DNA of 64,000 bases from Bacteroidales bacterium (GTDB taxonomy: Bacteria; Bacteroidota; Bacteroidia; Bacteroidales; UBA932). The stretch is taken from NCBI GenBank assembly GCA_015060395.1, contig SUYP01000014.1, forward strand, positions 2,966-66,965. The letters are read 5' to 3'. Shown here one piece after another: positions 51,452 through 60,958 of the stretch (positions are counted from its first letter, which is position 1; every line of letters begins with the position of its first letter). The notes under the pieces were generated by a model. That model saw only the letters and a program-made list of their open reading frames with translations. It made no database searches and was not told the origin of the DNA. The position numbers and the translations under genes are program-made.

Positions 51452-53470
51452 ATGCATAGAGTGATCAAGTGTCTTGCCGTATTCTGTATCCTTCTGTTTT
51501 CGGGGGTATGGGAGGCTTCTGCCCAGTACGACAAAGATGTGTTCTTTATGCGTGGAAGGCAGGCTCTGGCAGACGGGAAATATGCCCTGGCGATCGAAAA
51601 CTTCAATGTGCTCGCGCGTCTGGACACTTCCGACCACTATACATTCTTCTTCAGAGGAATAGCCAAATATAATCTGGGTGACCTCCGCGGTGCCAAACGG
51701 GATTTCGATAATTCTGTAGCCTTGAATCCAGTCTTTACATCAGGATGGCATTACAGAGGCATAACCGAAAGCCGTTTCGGAAATTATGAGCAGGCTCTGA
51801 GCGACCTTCAGCAGGCGATCGACCTGCGTCCCGGCTATGTCGGCCTGTATTTCAGCCGTGGAGTCACATATTTCCTTGCCCAGCAGTTCGATAATGCAAT
51901 CAAGGATTTCGACAGATATATCAGGAAAGAGCCGAAGGATCCTTCGGCATATCTGAACAGGGGAGCAAGCTGGCTTTTCCTGGGCGATACCCTCAAGGCC
52001 GTGCAGGACTACAACAAGGCCATAAAGCTCGACCGTTTCGATCCGGAAGGATATGTGCGCCGCGGCCGTCTGTATGCGACGCAGAAGAAATATGACCTGG
52101 CTATGGAGGATATGAACAAGGCCATCGAGCTTGACACCGCCAATACCTTCGCATATTTCAACAGGGCGATAATGCATTACGAACAGGAGCAGTACCGTAA
52201 GGCGATGGACGACCTGAACAGGGTCCTTCGTGATGAACCCGGAAATGCCTTGACCCTCTATAACCGAGGCCTTATCAATGCGCAGCTCGGCGCTTACGAA
52301 GATGCTCTGGAAGATATGGACAGGGTGCTGAACATCAACCCGGACAATGTGCTTGCGTATTTCAACAGAGCGTCTATATTCATCGAGATGGGCTTGTACA
52401 GGAACGCTCTGGAGGATTATGACAAGGCTATCGAACTGTATCCCGATTTTGCGAAGGCATATATGAACCGTTCATACGTAAAGAACCTTCTGGGACGCAG
52501 CAAGGAGGCCAAGAAGGACTATGATACGGCTCAGCGCAAGGTGGCGGAATATCGCGCCAAGAATGTTACGGATGCTGGCTCGTTCGCCGATACGACGAAG
52601 AAGTACAGCTCGCTTCTTTCTCTTGATGCAGAGTTTGCGAAGAAGGATTTCAATGATGAACTTCTTCAGCATCGTGACATCGACATACGTCTGCGCGGTC
52701 TGTACAAGTTCGTCCTGACAGGAGAAAAGGATAACACTGTGTATGCCTTGAACCGTGGATATGAGAATCCTCTGATCGCACGGTTCGAGAATGAGTTGCC
52801 GGTAGGTGTAAGCGTACTTAACGCAGACAGGGAACTTTCGGCGGCGCAGCTTGCAGAAGTGGAGGCCGCGGCCTGGGCGGGTGAGCCTGATGCCGAGAAG
52901 CTGTTCTTAAGGGCTATGTATGACTATGACGGCAAGCAGTTCAATTCAGCCCTTAACTATTATGGCCAGGCGATAGACAAGTCAGTAGAGGAGGCGGCCG
53001 GCATAGATGCCCTATATTCCGCATTCTACCGTATAAATCGCGGAGTGCTGAGGGCTGAAATGATCGACTTCATTTCTTCTATCGAAAGCAATGTGCAGGT
53101 GCTGTCGATGGATGATACCGGCAATACAAGGGCCAGGGTAAAGGACCAGGTCATCCGTCAGTATGACTATACGGATGCCATCGAGGATATGAAGAAGGCA
53201 GCGGAGACGGTTCCGGATCTTCCATATACCTATTACAATCTCGGCAATCTGTACTGTCTGTCATCCGAACACGTCAGCTCGATAGAGAATTACAGCAAGG
53301 CGATAGAGTTATATCCTTATATGGGAGATGCATATTTCAACAGAGGACTTGTGCTGATCTACCTGAAGGATAAGGAGAAAGGATGCATCGACCTGTCACG
53401 TGCGGGAGAGCTTGGAGTGCAGGATGCATACGGAGTGATAAAGAAATATTGTGAGGAGGAAAATGAATAA
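51452..53470 (+). CDS. Exported multi-TPR protein
   Basis: Signal peptide (ASA-Q); many Y.NRG...A..D...AI.L.P repeats. Confidence 0.85.
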   Translation: MHRVIKCLAVFCILLFSGVWEASAQYDKDVFFMRGRQALADGKYALAIENFNVLARLDTSDHYTFFFRGIAKYNLGDLRGAKRDFDNSVALNPVFTSGWHYRGITESRFGNYEQALSDLQQAIDLRPGYVGLYFSRGVTYFLAQQFDNAIKDFDRYIRKEPKDPSAYLNRGASWLFLGDTLKAVQDYNKAIKLDRFDPEGYVRRGRLYATQKKYDLAMEDMNKAIELDTANTFAYFNRAIMHYEQEQYRKAMDDLNRVLRDEPGNALTLYNRGLINAQLGAYEDALEDMDRVLNINPDNVLAYFNRASIFIEMGLYRNALEDYDKAIELYPDFAKAYMNRSYVKNLLGRSKEAKKDYDTAQRKVAEYRAKNVTDAGSFADTTKKYSSLLSLDAEFAKKDFNDELLQHRDIDIRLRGLYKFVLTGEKDNTVYALNRGYENPLIARFENELPVGVSVLNADRELSAAQLAEVEAAAWAGEPDAEKLFLRAMYDYDGKQFNSALNYYGQAIDKSVEEAAGIDALYSAFYRINRGVLRAEMIDFISSIESNVQVLSMDDTGNTRARVKDQVIRQYDYTDAIEDMKKAAETVPDLPYTYYNLGNLYCLSSEHVSSIENYSKAIELYPYMGDAYFNRGLVLIYLKDKEKGCIDLSRAGELGVQDAYGVIKKYCEEENE

Positions 53471-54092
53471 GAAAGCATTGATATTTGATATGGGAGGCGT
53501 ACTTGTGGATCTTGATATAGAAGATTGCAAGAGAGCCTTCAAGGAAGAACTTGGATTTTACAGGATAGACGAGATAATAGATCCTTGCCATCAGAAAGGC
53601 ATATACGGAGATCTGGAGGAAGGAAAGCTCAGTGCAGAAGAGTTCAGGAGGACAGTCCTTTCGGAATCCCGTCCGGGATCGCCTGCAGATGGGGTTGACA
53701 GGGCTATGTGGCACATACTTATAGGCATCGAGCCATATAAGGTGGAAATGCTGAAGAAACTGTCCGGAAGATACAGCCTGTATCTTCTGAGCAACAATAA
53801 CGCGATATGTCTGCCGAGGGCAAAGGAAATCTTTGCTGAAGCGGGCATAGAGATGGACGGGCTTTTCAGGAAATGCTATTATTCCTTTGAAATGAAGGCT
53901 CTCAAGCCTTCGGAAGCCTTTTATAAGGCTGTGATCGAGGATATAGGCCTTGCTCCGGAGGAAATGCTTTTCATTGATGATTCGCAGAAGAATGTGGATG
54001 GGGCCATAGAAGCAGGACTTCCTGCGGTATATTATGAACCGGGTACCGATCTCGAGGCTCTCCTGGATAAAGTGCTGGAGGGTAACGAGTGA
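53463..54092 (+). CDS. HAD IA phosphatase (YihX-like)
   Basis: FDMGGV, LSN, KP and FIDD motifs. Confidence 0.85.
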   Translation: MNKKALIFDMGGVLVDLDIEDCKRAFKEELGFYRIDEIIDPCHQKGIYGDLEEGKLSAEEFRRTVLSESRPGSPADGVDRAMWHILIGIEPYKVEMLKKLSGRYSLYLLSNNNAICLPRAKEIFAEAGIEMDGLFRKCYYSFEMKALKPSEAFYKAVIEDIGLAPEEMLFIDDSQKNVDGAIEAGLPAVYYEPGTDLEALLDKVLEGNE

Positions 54093-54886
54093 TGGTGAAG
54101 TTTATGAGTCTTTCCAGCGGAAGCTGCGGAAACTGCTATTATCTGGGTACTGAAAACGGAGGAATTGTCATCGATGCAGGTGTGAGTCTGCGCAGGCTCA
54201 AGAAGGTGCTTCAGGAATATGACCTGACTACTGATTCATTTTCTGCTGTACTGGTGACCCACGACCATCTGGATCACATCAGGCATCTGGGCTCGTTCTG
54301 CAAGCGTTTGAACAAACCCGTCTATACGGCTCAGGCTATACATAACGCTCTGGCGCGTCACACCTTCACGGCTCCTACCATAGGGCCTTGCAGGAGGATC
54401 CTCGAGGAAGGGGAGTGGAATGATGTGGCGGGAATGAAGGTACGTTATTTCATAGTGCCTCACGATGCGACCCAGACAGTGGGCTATGCGATAATCGTGG
54501 AGGAGCGTATGTTCGTGATAATGACCGATATAGGGCGTATGACGGATGAGGCGGTGGAATTCGCACGTCAGGCCGATACCGTCGTGGTGGAATCCAATTA
54601 CGATATGGATATGCTTATGAGCGGCCCATATACATACGAACTGAAGATGCGCATAGTGCAAGGATGCGGCCATCTGAGCAATGATGAATGTGCAAGCGCG
54701 ATCAAGAGGTTCTGGCATCAGGGGCTGAAGAATATCTTCCTCTGCCATCTGAGCGAGAACAACAATACCCACGATCTTGCGTACAGAAGTGCTGCAGGAG
54801 CGTTGCGGGAGATAGGAGTGGAGAAAGGTACCGTAGCCCTCCGTTGCCTTCCGAGACAATATCCATCACAAATGTTTGAACTGTAA
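54089..54886 (+). CDS. MBL-fold metallo-hydrolase (YycJ/WalJ-like)
   Basis: SGSCGN, THDHLDH, PHDA, TD, ESNYD, GHLSN and HLSENNN motifs. Confidence 0.85.
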   Translation: MMVKFMSLSSGSCGNCYYLGTENGGIVIDAGVSLRRLKKVLQEYDLTTDSFSAVLVTHDHLDHIRHLGSFCKRLNKPVYTAQAIHNALARHTFTAPTIGPCRRILEEGEWNDVAGMKVRYFIVPHDATQTVGYAIIVEERMFVIMTDIGRMTDEAVEFARQADTVVVESNYDMDMLMSGPYTYELKMRIVQGCGHLSNDECASAIKRFWHQGLKNIFLCHLSENNNTHDLAYRSAAGALREIGVEKGTVALRCLPRQYPSQMFEL

Positions 54887-54894
54887 TATATTAT

Positions 54895-55782
54895 ATGAAA
54901 CAAAACCACAATCAGACAATCTCTCCGGAACTGAAGGAGAAACTTGCCAGGATAAGGCATCTGGCTCTTGATATGGATGGCACTATCTATATGGGATCGA
55001 CCTTGTTTCCTTTCACGATAGATTTCCTTGCTGAAATGAGAGCTGCCGGTATAGGATATTCTTTCCTTACCAACAATCCTTCCCGGTCTGTGGCGGACTA
55101 TCTCAAGAAGCTGGAAGGCCTGGGTATAGAGGCTGATGAGGAGAATATGTACACGACTTCCTTGGCTGCAATCGATTACATCAAGGCTCATTATCCTTCG
55201 GCAAGGCGACTTTTCCTGCTTGGAACTCCGAGTATGGTATCCCAGTTTGAGAAAGCCGGATTTGAAAGCTGTGCTGATGATCCCGATGATGTCCCTGATG
55301 TGCTGGTGGCGGCTTTCGATATGACATTGGATTATCAGAGACTGTGCCGTGCCTCCTGGTGGGCATCACAGGGAGTCCCATATATAGCTACAAATCCTGA
55401 CAGAGTATGTCCTACAGACCAGAGGACTGTGCTTGTGGACTGCGGTTCGATATGCAGATGCATCGAGCACGCTACCGGACGCAAGCCGGACATCACCCTC
55501 GGCAAGCCGGATCCTAATATGCTGAAAGGAATATTGGATCGTCACGGGTTGAAGCCGGAGGAGATCGCTATGGTCGGTGACAGGATATATACCGATACAG
55601 CAATGGCGCATAATGCAGGTGCATTCGGAGTGCTGGTGCTTTCGGGAGAAACAACTTTGGAGACAGCCGAGGCAGTGGCAGAGGATGCCCGTACCAATCC
55701 TGCTCCTGAATTCTTCCCGCCTGACCTTATCTGCCGTGACATAAAGGAGTTGGGCGAACTGCTTCTCCAGTCCAGAAAATAA
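54895..55782 (+). CDS. HAD IIA phosphatase (NagD-like)
   Basis: DMDGT, TNN, GKP and VGDRIYTD motifs. Confidence 0.85.
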   Translation: MKQNHNQTISPELKEKLARIRHLALDMDGTIYMGSTLFPFTIDFLAEMRAAGIGYSFLTNNPSRSVADYLKKLEGLGIEADEENMYTTSLAAIDYIKAHYPSARRLFLLGTPSMVSQFEKAGFESCADDPDDVPDVLVAAFDMTLDYQRLCRASWWASQGVPYIATNPDRVCPTDQRTVLVDCGSICRCIEHATGRKPDITLGKPDPNMLKGILDRHGLKPEEIAMVGDRIYTDTAMAHNAGAFGVLVLSGETTLETAEAVAEDARTNPAPEFFPPDLICRDIKELGELLLQSRK

Positions 55783-55799
55783 TTGATAACCACATAATT

Positions 55800-58115
55800 A
55801 TGAAAAGGAACGTATTATTAATGCTTGCAGCGTCACTCGCTCTTGCATCGTGCAACACTTCGCCTAAGGTTGCCCCTGCGATTCCGCAGGACAAGGACAT
55901 AGAGTCCAAGGTAGAGGAGATACTCAAGGATATGACCTTGGAGGAAAAGGTGGGACAGATGACCCAGATCACTGCCACAGCCATTGCCAACGGCCTTGAT
56001 ATAACTCCTGCCGGTGATTCCATCATCAGGACCTATAAGATAGGTTCGGTGCTCAATACTCCTGGTGACATCGCACAGGATCCTGCGGGATATGACAGGT
56101 TCATCACTGAACTCAACCGTATCTCGATGGAAGAAATGGGTATTCCTACCCTTTATGGTCTTGACCATATCCACGGTACGACTTACGTGCTTGGTGGAAC
56201 TCTTTTCCCACAGGAGATCAACATCGCTGCTTCTTTCAACCGAGATCACGCCTATAATATGGGTAAGGTGACAGCATACGAAAGCCGTGCGGCAAATGTT
56301 CCTTGGACTTTCTCTCCTACTATGGACCTCGGAAGGAATCCGGAGTGGCCTCGTATGTGGGAAAGCTTCGGTGAGGATGCCTACGTAAACTCTCAGATGG
56401 CTGTAGCCGAGGTTCACGGTATGCAGGGCGATGACCCTAATCACGTGGGACCATACAACATCGCTGCCTGTGCAAAGCATTTTATGGGATATGGCGTGCC
56501 TGTCACAGGTCAGGACCGTACACCGGCATCCATCGCTGCTTCCGAACTCAGAGAAAAGCATTTCGAGCCTTTCAAGGAGGCTATGCAGGCGGGAGCTCTT
56601 ACCATAATGGTAAACTCTGCAAGCAATAACGGTATGCCTTTCCACTGCAATACGGAGCTTCTTACACAGTGGGTCAAGGAGGATCTCAACTGGGACGGTA
56701 TGATCGTTACCGACTGGGCTGACATCAACAACCTTTACACTCGCGAGCGTGTGGCTTCTTCGAAGAAGGAGGCTGTTAAGCTTGCCATCAATGCAGGTAT
56801 AGATATGGCTATGGTTCCATACGAGTGCCAGTTTGCGATAGATCTTAAGGAACTTGTTGAGGAGGGTGAAGTGCCGATGTCACGTGTTGATGATGCTGTC
56901 CGCCGTATTCTTCGTCTGAAGTTCCGTCTGGGTCTGTTCGATCAGCCTGACACTGTACTTGAGGATTATCCTGAGTTCGGAGGCGAGGCTCACGCAAAGC
57001 TTGCCTACGAGGCTGCTCTTGAGTCGGAGGTCCTTCTCAAGAACAACGGCATCCTCCCTTTCAGAAAGGATCTCCGCATTCTCGTGACCGGTCCTAACGC
57101 TCATTCTATGAGGACACTCAACGGCGGATGGTCATATACCTGGCAGGGACACGGAGCTTCTATTCCGGCATTTACAGACAAGTACAACACGATTTACGAG
57201 GCTCTTGACGCTAAGTTTGACAATGTTACATACGTTCCTGGCGTAGAGTACGATCTTATGAGCCCTAACTGGAAGTTTGATGAGAATACAGGTATAAAGG
57301 ATGCTGTGGCTGCCGCCCGCAAGGCTGATGTCATCGTTGCCTGCATCGGTGAGAATACATATTGCGAAACTCCTGGAAATGATGAGGATCTCAACCTTTC
57401 AGCGAACCAGAAAGAACTTGTGAAGTCGCTTGCAGCTACAGGAAGACCTATAGTGCTTATCCTTAATGAAGGCCGTCCACGTATCATCCGTGAGCTCGAG
57501 CCTCTTGCAACAGCGGTAGTTGACATTATGCTTCCTGGAAATTACGGAGCAGATGCTCTCGCAACCCTTCTTGCAGGTGAGGCTAACTTCAGTGCCAAGC
57601 TTCCGTTCACTTATCCGAAATATACCAACAAGTTTGCGGTGTATGACTATAAACCTTCTGAAAATCAGGGAACTATGTCCGGCGTGTATAACTATAACGC
57701 GGTTATGGATGTTCAGTGGCCTTTCGGACACGGTCTCAGCTACACTACGTTCACTTATTCGAATATGGCTGTTTCTCATAAGGAATTCGGTGCTGAAGAC
57801 GTTCTCAAGGTTACAGTGGATGTGACCAATTCCGGAGATATGGCCGGAAAGGAGAGCGTGCTCCTCTTCTCAAGCGACATCTATGCAAGCTCAACCCCTG
57901 ATGTCCGCCGCCTCCGCGCATTCGACAAGATCGAACTCGCTCCAGGTGAGACCAAGACAGTCGAGCTGGAAGTTACCGCGAAGGATCTTGCGTTTGTCAA
58001 CTATTATGGCAAATGGACTCTCGAGGAGGGAGAATTCGCACTTTCAATCGGAGATCAGAACCAGATGGTAAGATGTGTCGAGACAATAGTATGGGATGAA
58101 CCTAATATTGACTGA
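55800..58115 (+). CDS. GH3 beta-glucosidase lipoprotein
   Basis: EKVGQM, DHIHG, KHFMGYG, IVTDW nucleophile and FGHGLSYT motifs. Confidence 0.9.
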   Translation: MKRNVLLMLAASLALASCNTSPKVAPAIPQDKDIESKVEEILKDMTLEEKVGQMTQITATAIANGLDITPAGDSIIRTYKIGSVLNTPGDIAQDPAGYDRFITELNRISMEEMGIPTLYGLDHIHGTTYVLGGTLFPQEINIAASFNRDHAYNMGKVTAYESRAANVPWTFSPTMDLGRNPEWPRMWESFGEDAYVNSQMAVAEVHGMQGDDPNHVGPYNIAACAKHFMGYGVPVTGQDRTPASIAASELREKHFEPFKEAMQAGALTIMVNSASNNGMPFHCNTELLTQWVKEDLNWDGMIVTDWADINNLYTRERVASSKKEAVKLAINAGIDMAMVPYECQFAIDLKELVEEGEVPMSRVDDAVRRILRLKFRLGLFDQPDTVLEDYPEFGGEAHAKLAYEAALESEVLLKNNGILPFRKDLRILVTGPNAHSMRTLNGGWSYTWQGHGASIPAFTDKYNTIYEALDAKFDNVTYVPGVEYDLMSPNWKFDENTGIKDAVAAARKADVIVACIGENTYCETPGNDEDLNLSANQKELVKSLAATGRPIVLILNEGRPRIIRELEPLATAVVDIMLPGNYGADALATLLAGEANFSAKLPFTYPKYTNKFAVYDYKPSENQGTMSGVYNYNAVMDVQWPFGHGLSYTTFTYSNMAVSHKEFGAEDVLKVTVDVTNSGDMAGKESVLLFSSDIYASSTPDVRRLRAFDKIELAPGETKTVELEVTAKDLAFVNYYGKWTLEEGEFALSIGDQNQMVRCVETIVWDEPNID

Positions 58116-58146
58116 TATGTTCCTGAGGTGACGGGACTTGCAGCAG

Positions 58147-59778
58147 CTACAGGGCATTTATCTCCCGATACAGGTTCCTGATATATATGCTGATGTTCGT
58201 GTCGTGACCGCCAAGACCAAGTTTTTTACGGACGTCACTGCCTATATGGTAGTGACGTTTTATATTTGTGAATGCCGTGACCATCTTTCCGTTCATTCCG
58301 ATTGCATAGAGACAGCAATGGTCAATCTCTATGTCGCTCAGTCCGCGCTCTTTAAGATGTGATATGAAATTCGGCGATGACTGATTGAATATCAGCCTGT
58401 TCTGCCTGACGAATTCACCTCTGTCACTGATGATTTTCCTTAATTCTCCTGAGGCTTCTGCCTCGAAAATGCTGTCGTTGAAAGCATCGCTCATAACAAA
58501 CCTGTCGATGATTCTCAGCCTTTCGTTTATTATTTCCCTTCCTTCGCGATTGCTGTTTTCAATGGCTGCGAGTTCTTCACGTTCCTGCATCAGGTCATCA
58601 ATCTGCCTCTGCAGGTTTTCTTTCCGGAGACTTTCTATCTTCAGCTGCTTCCTGATGTTGGCAATGCAGACAAAAGCCAGTGCCAGTCCCAGAAGTATAG
58701 CGATTACTGCGAGCGAGAGGATCATTCTCCTGCTTTTCTCCTTCTCATACATTTCCTGATGCATCTCCCTCTCCTCTACGAATTTCGTATCCTGCACGAG
58801 GATGTCCTTTCCCATACGGCCATAAAGCGGTATGAACTTCTTATATTCTTTCAAGGCATTGGACAGATCGTTTCCGGATTCATAGGCCTGTGCCATCAGA
58901 TAATGATATGTGGCATTCTTTTCTCTGTCATATTTGTTCAGGCAGTCAAATGCCTTGTCACCATCTCCTGTCTTGAGATATATCCGCGCTGCCAGCAGCC
59001 AGTCTGTCAGGCTGGGGTCTTTGATGTTTTCCAGATATGTCTCAACGTCTGAATGCAACCGCTCCGGATGCAGCTTTTCATCGATGGATATCACTAACTG
59101 ATGATATTTGTTGAGGTTTCTGGGTGACAAGGATTCTTTGTGAAACCCGATGCCTGATATAAGCCCGGCTGCCTTCTCGGTCTGGGAGCACATTATAAGA
59201 CAATGTGCTTCTCTCAATGTGTTGGAGACGTATCTTTCGATATCGGAATCCAGATTGCTGTATCTTGCGGCAGAGTGATAGTTCTCGGCGGCTTTGCTGT
59301 AATCGAGGATCTGCTGGTATATTCTTCCTTTTGCCGAATATAGCAGGACAAGAATGCCGGGGCCGCAATCCTTGTCAATTCTGCTTTCTGCATCTGTCAG
59401 AGTACTGAGCGCATTTTCATAGTCATTTGAGTTTTCGTATATACGCGCTGAATAATACAGTGTCTTTACCTGTTCTTCAGCTGTTCCCTTTCTCAGATAA
59501 TAGTCGATGGCCGGCTGTAAGATACTGTCGTCTCTGACATCCAGATGGTTCTTGTCCAGAGCTATGGAATGCAGCAGAGCAAGGCTGGCTCTGTCTGCCT
59601 TGGAGATGATATCGTCTCTGTTGATTTCCTGTATCAGTGCCAAGGCACTGTCTGGTTTTACATTTATGATATGGCCGATCGCGTCAAGCTTTTCAGCCGG
59701 TTCTCGTCGTCCATCTGCACAGGATGAGCATAGCAGTGCAGCGATGACCGTAGAGCTAATTAACCTAATCAGGCTCAT
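58147..59778 (-). CDS. TPR-TM-LuxR-like HTH membrane-spanning regulator; possible alternative in-frame start at 59832
   Basis: Lipobox LCSSC, TPR helices, TM ILSLAVIAILLGLALAFVCI, coiled coil, C-terminal LSDIE...VRKKLGL. Confidence 0.75.
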   Translation of the reverse strand: MSLIRLISSTVIAALLCSSCADGRREPAEKLDAIGHIINVKPDSALALIQEINRDDIISKADRASLALLHSIALDKNHLDVRDDSILQPAIDYYLRKGTAEEQVKTLYYSARIYENSNDYENALSTLTDAESRIDKDCGPGILVLLYSAKGRIYQQILDYSKAAENYHSAARYSNLDSDIERYVSNTLREAHCLIMCSQTEKAAGLISGIGFHKESLSPRNLNKYHQLVISIDEKLHPERLHSDVETYLENIKDPSLTDWLLAARIYLKTGDGDKAFDCLNKYDREKNATYHYLMAQAYESGNDLSNALKEYKKFIPLYGRMGKDILVQDTKFVEEREMHQEMYEKEKSRRMILSLAVIAILLGLALAFVCIANIRKQLKIESLRKENLQRQIDDLMQEREELAAIENSNREGREIINERLRIIDRFVMSDAFNDSIFEAEASGELRKIISDRGEFVRQNRLIFNQSSPNFISHLKERGLSDIEIDHCCLYAIGMNGKMVTAFTNIKRHYHIGSDVRKKLGLGGHDTNISIYIRNLYREINAL

Positions 59779-59805
59779 TGGGTTTATTTTTGTTAATATA
59801 GAAAA

Positions 59806-59876
59806 AGGGCGCAGCACCTCCAAGTTGCTCATCAAGTGGTCGAATACTTCTGTGGTTTGGAGGCTGTCTGCGCCTT
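59806..59876 (-). promoter_or_regulatory. Structured leader/attenuator hairpin (copy A) between the small secreted gene and the regulator
   Basis: Stem ggcgcag..cctccaa / ttggagg..ctgcgcc; followed by TTTTT on the minus strand; loop shared with copies B and C. Confidence 0.6.
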
Positions 59877-59881
59877 ATCTG

Positions 59882-60271
59882 TTAACGGATCCTGATCGTG
59901 CTTTCCCCGTGATACTTCTCAGAATCCAATATCAGCATATAATATCCGGCTTCTTCCGGAATATTCAATGTCACGTTATTGCATACGTCTGTATCGATCG
60001 TTGTCCTGTCATATATGTTTCCATATTCATCAACGATATATAATGCCGTTCTTCTTCCGGTGCCGTAGCAGTTTATGCTGATCTGCCCGATGTTGTGGTA
60101 GCATACATATTCGCATAATGCAACAGATCTGTCAATGTCATAAAGATCCTGAGGCACCAGGATCACCTCTTCCGGATCTCCAGGGAAGATCAAAGGAGGG
60201 TCTTCGTTCAGTGTTCCTGCGTAGGCCGTCATCGTCAGCAGCATTGCTGCAAAGATAAAAAATCGTTTCAT
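59882..60271 (-). CDS. Small secreted beta-rich protein (DUF3244-like)
   Basis: Signal peptide; C-terminal GYYMLIL...YHGE pattern; upstream of a TPR regulator. Confidence 0.65.
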   Translation of the reverse strand: MKRFFIFAAMLLTMTAYAGTLNEDPPLIFPGDPEEVILVPQDLYDIDRSVALCEYVCYHNIGQISINCYGTGRRTALYIVDEYGNIYDRTTIDTDVCNNVTLNIPEEAGYYMLILDSEKYHGESTIRIR

Positions 60272-60314
60272 AATCGTAATTGTTTTAAGTTAATAATTGA
60301 TTAGGTATGTCTTT

Positions 60315-60322
60315 CAAAGTTA
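60315..60322 (-). promoter_or_regulatory. -7 promoter element of the DUF3244-like gene
   Basis: TAACTTTG on the minus strand, about 45 bp upstream of the ATG. Confidence 0.55.
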
Positions 60323-60514
60323 AGGGAACGTCTCAAGAATGTCAAGATGAAAAGTTTGACATTGATCGGATTTTCGAGTTGTAACGTCCTGATAATCAAT
60401 GGTGTTTCCTTGAGCCTGAGAAGAGAGTTTGCGCTTGTGCAGTTCCGGCAGGATATTTCAATAAATCGACCGGTACAGTATTGTTTTCTGCGAATATCTC
60501 CTTATATTTGCAGA

Positions 60515-60693
60515 ACAAGGTTTTGTAACAAAGACATAACATATATCTTCCTGTCGTCACCACCAGAAATTCGACACTTTGCAAGATGAGCAGGATCATT
60601 CAGGAAGGCGCGTGCCAGGCACGGGCTTGTTTCTGTTTGCTCATAAGTGGTCGAATACTTAGGTGGTACGGATTCAGGTCCGTGCTCTTTTTT
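60515..60693 (+). ncRNA. Candidate ~180-nt structured sRNA containing hairpin copies B and C
   Basis: -7 TATATTTG at 60503-60510; two stem-loops; terminal stem followed by TCTTTTTT. Confidence 0.45.
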
Positions 60694-60743
60694 CTCCTTG
60701 CTTCTGTAGGAGAATAACGCAGATTAATGTATATTTGAAAATC

Positions 60744-60958
60744 TTTTCATATTGCTGCACGTCTATAGAGAATGTGAAAAGTTATGAATCGTTGAATAAA
60801 CAGATAATGTTGAAAATTTGAGCGAAGCGATGGTAAGTCCCTTCCCCGAGGGAAGGGATTTAGGGAAGGGGTAACGTGAATATATTTTCATATTGCTGCA
60901 CGTCTATATAGAATGTGAAGAGTTATGAATCGTTGAATAAACAGATAATGTTGAAAAT
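60744..60958 (+). repeat. 74-bp direct repeat (60744-60817 and 60885-60958, 2 mismatches) flanking a REP-like insert
   Basis: Direct comparison of the two copies. Confidence 0.9.

Noticed and set aside
54089-54886. MBL fold as a beta-lactamase
   Set aside because: No signal peptide, and the motifs fit YycJ-like hydrolases
60347-60599. ORFs 60347-60589 (+) and 60396-60599 (-)
   Set aside because: They cross promoter and hairpin sequence and show no protein-like features
60744-60958. Repeat-spacer-repeat read as a mini CRISPR array
   Set aside because: Only two 74-bp units, too long for CRISPR repeats, and no cas genes
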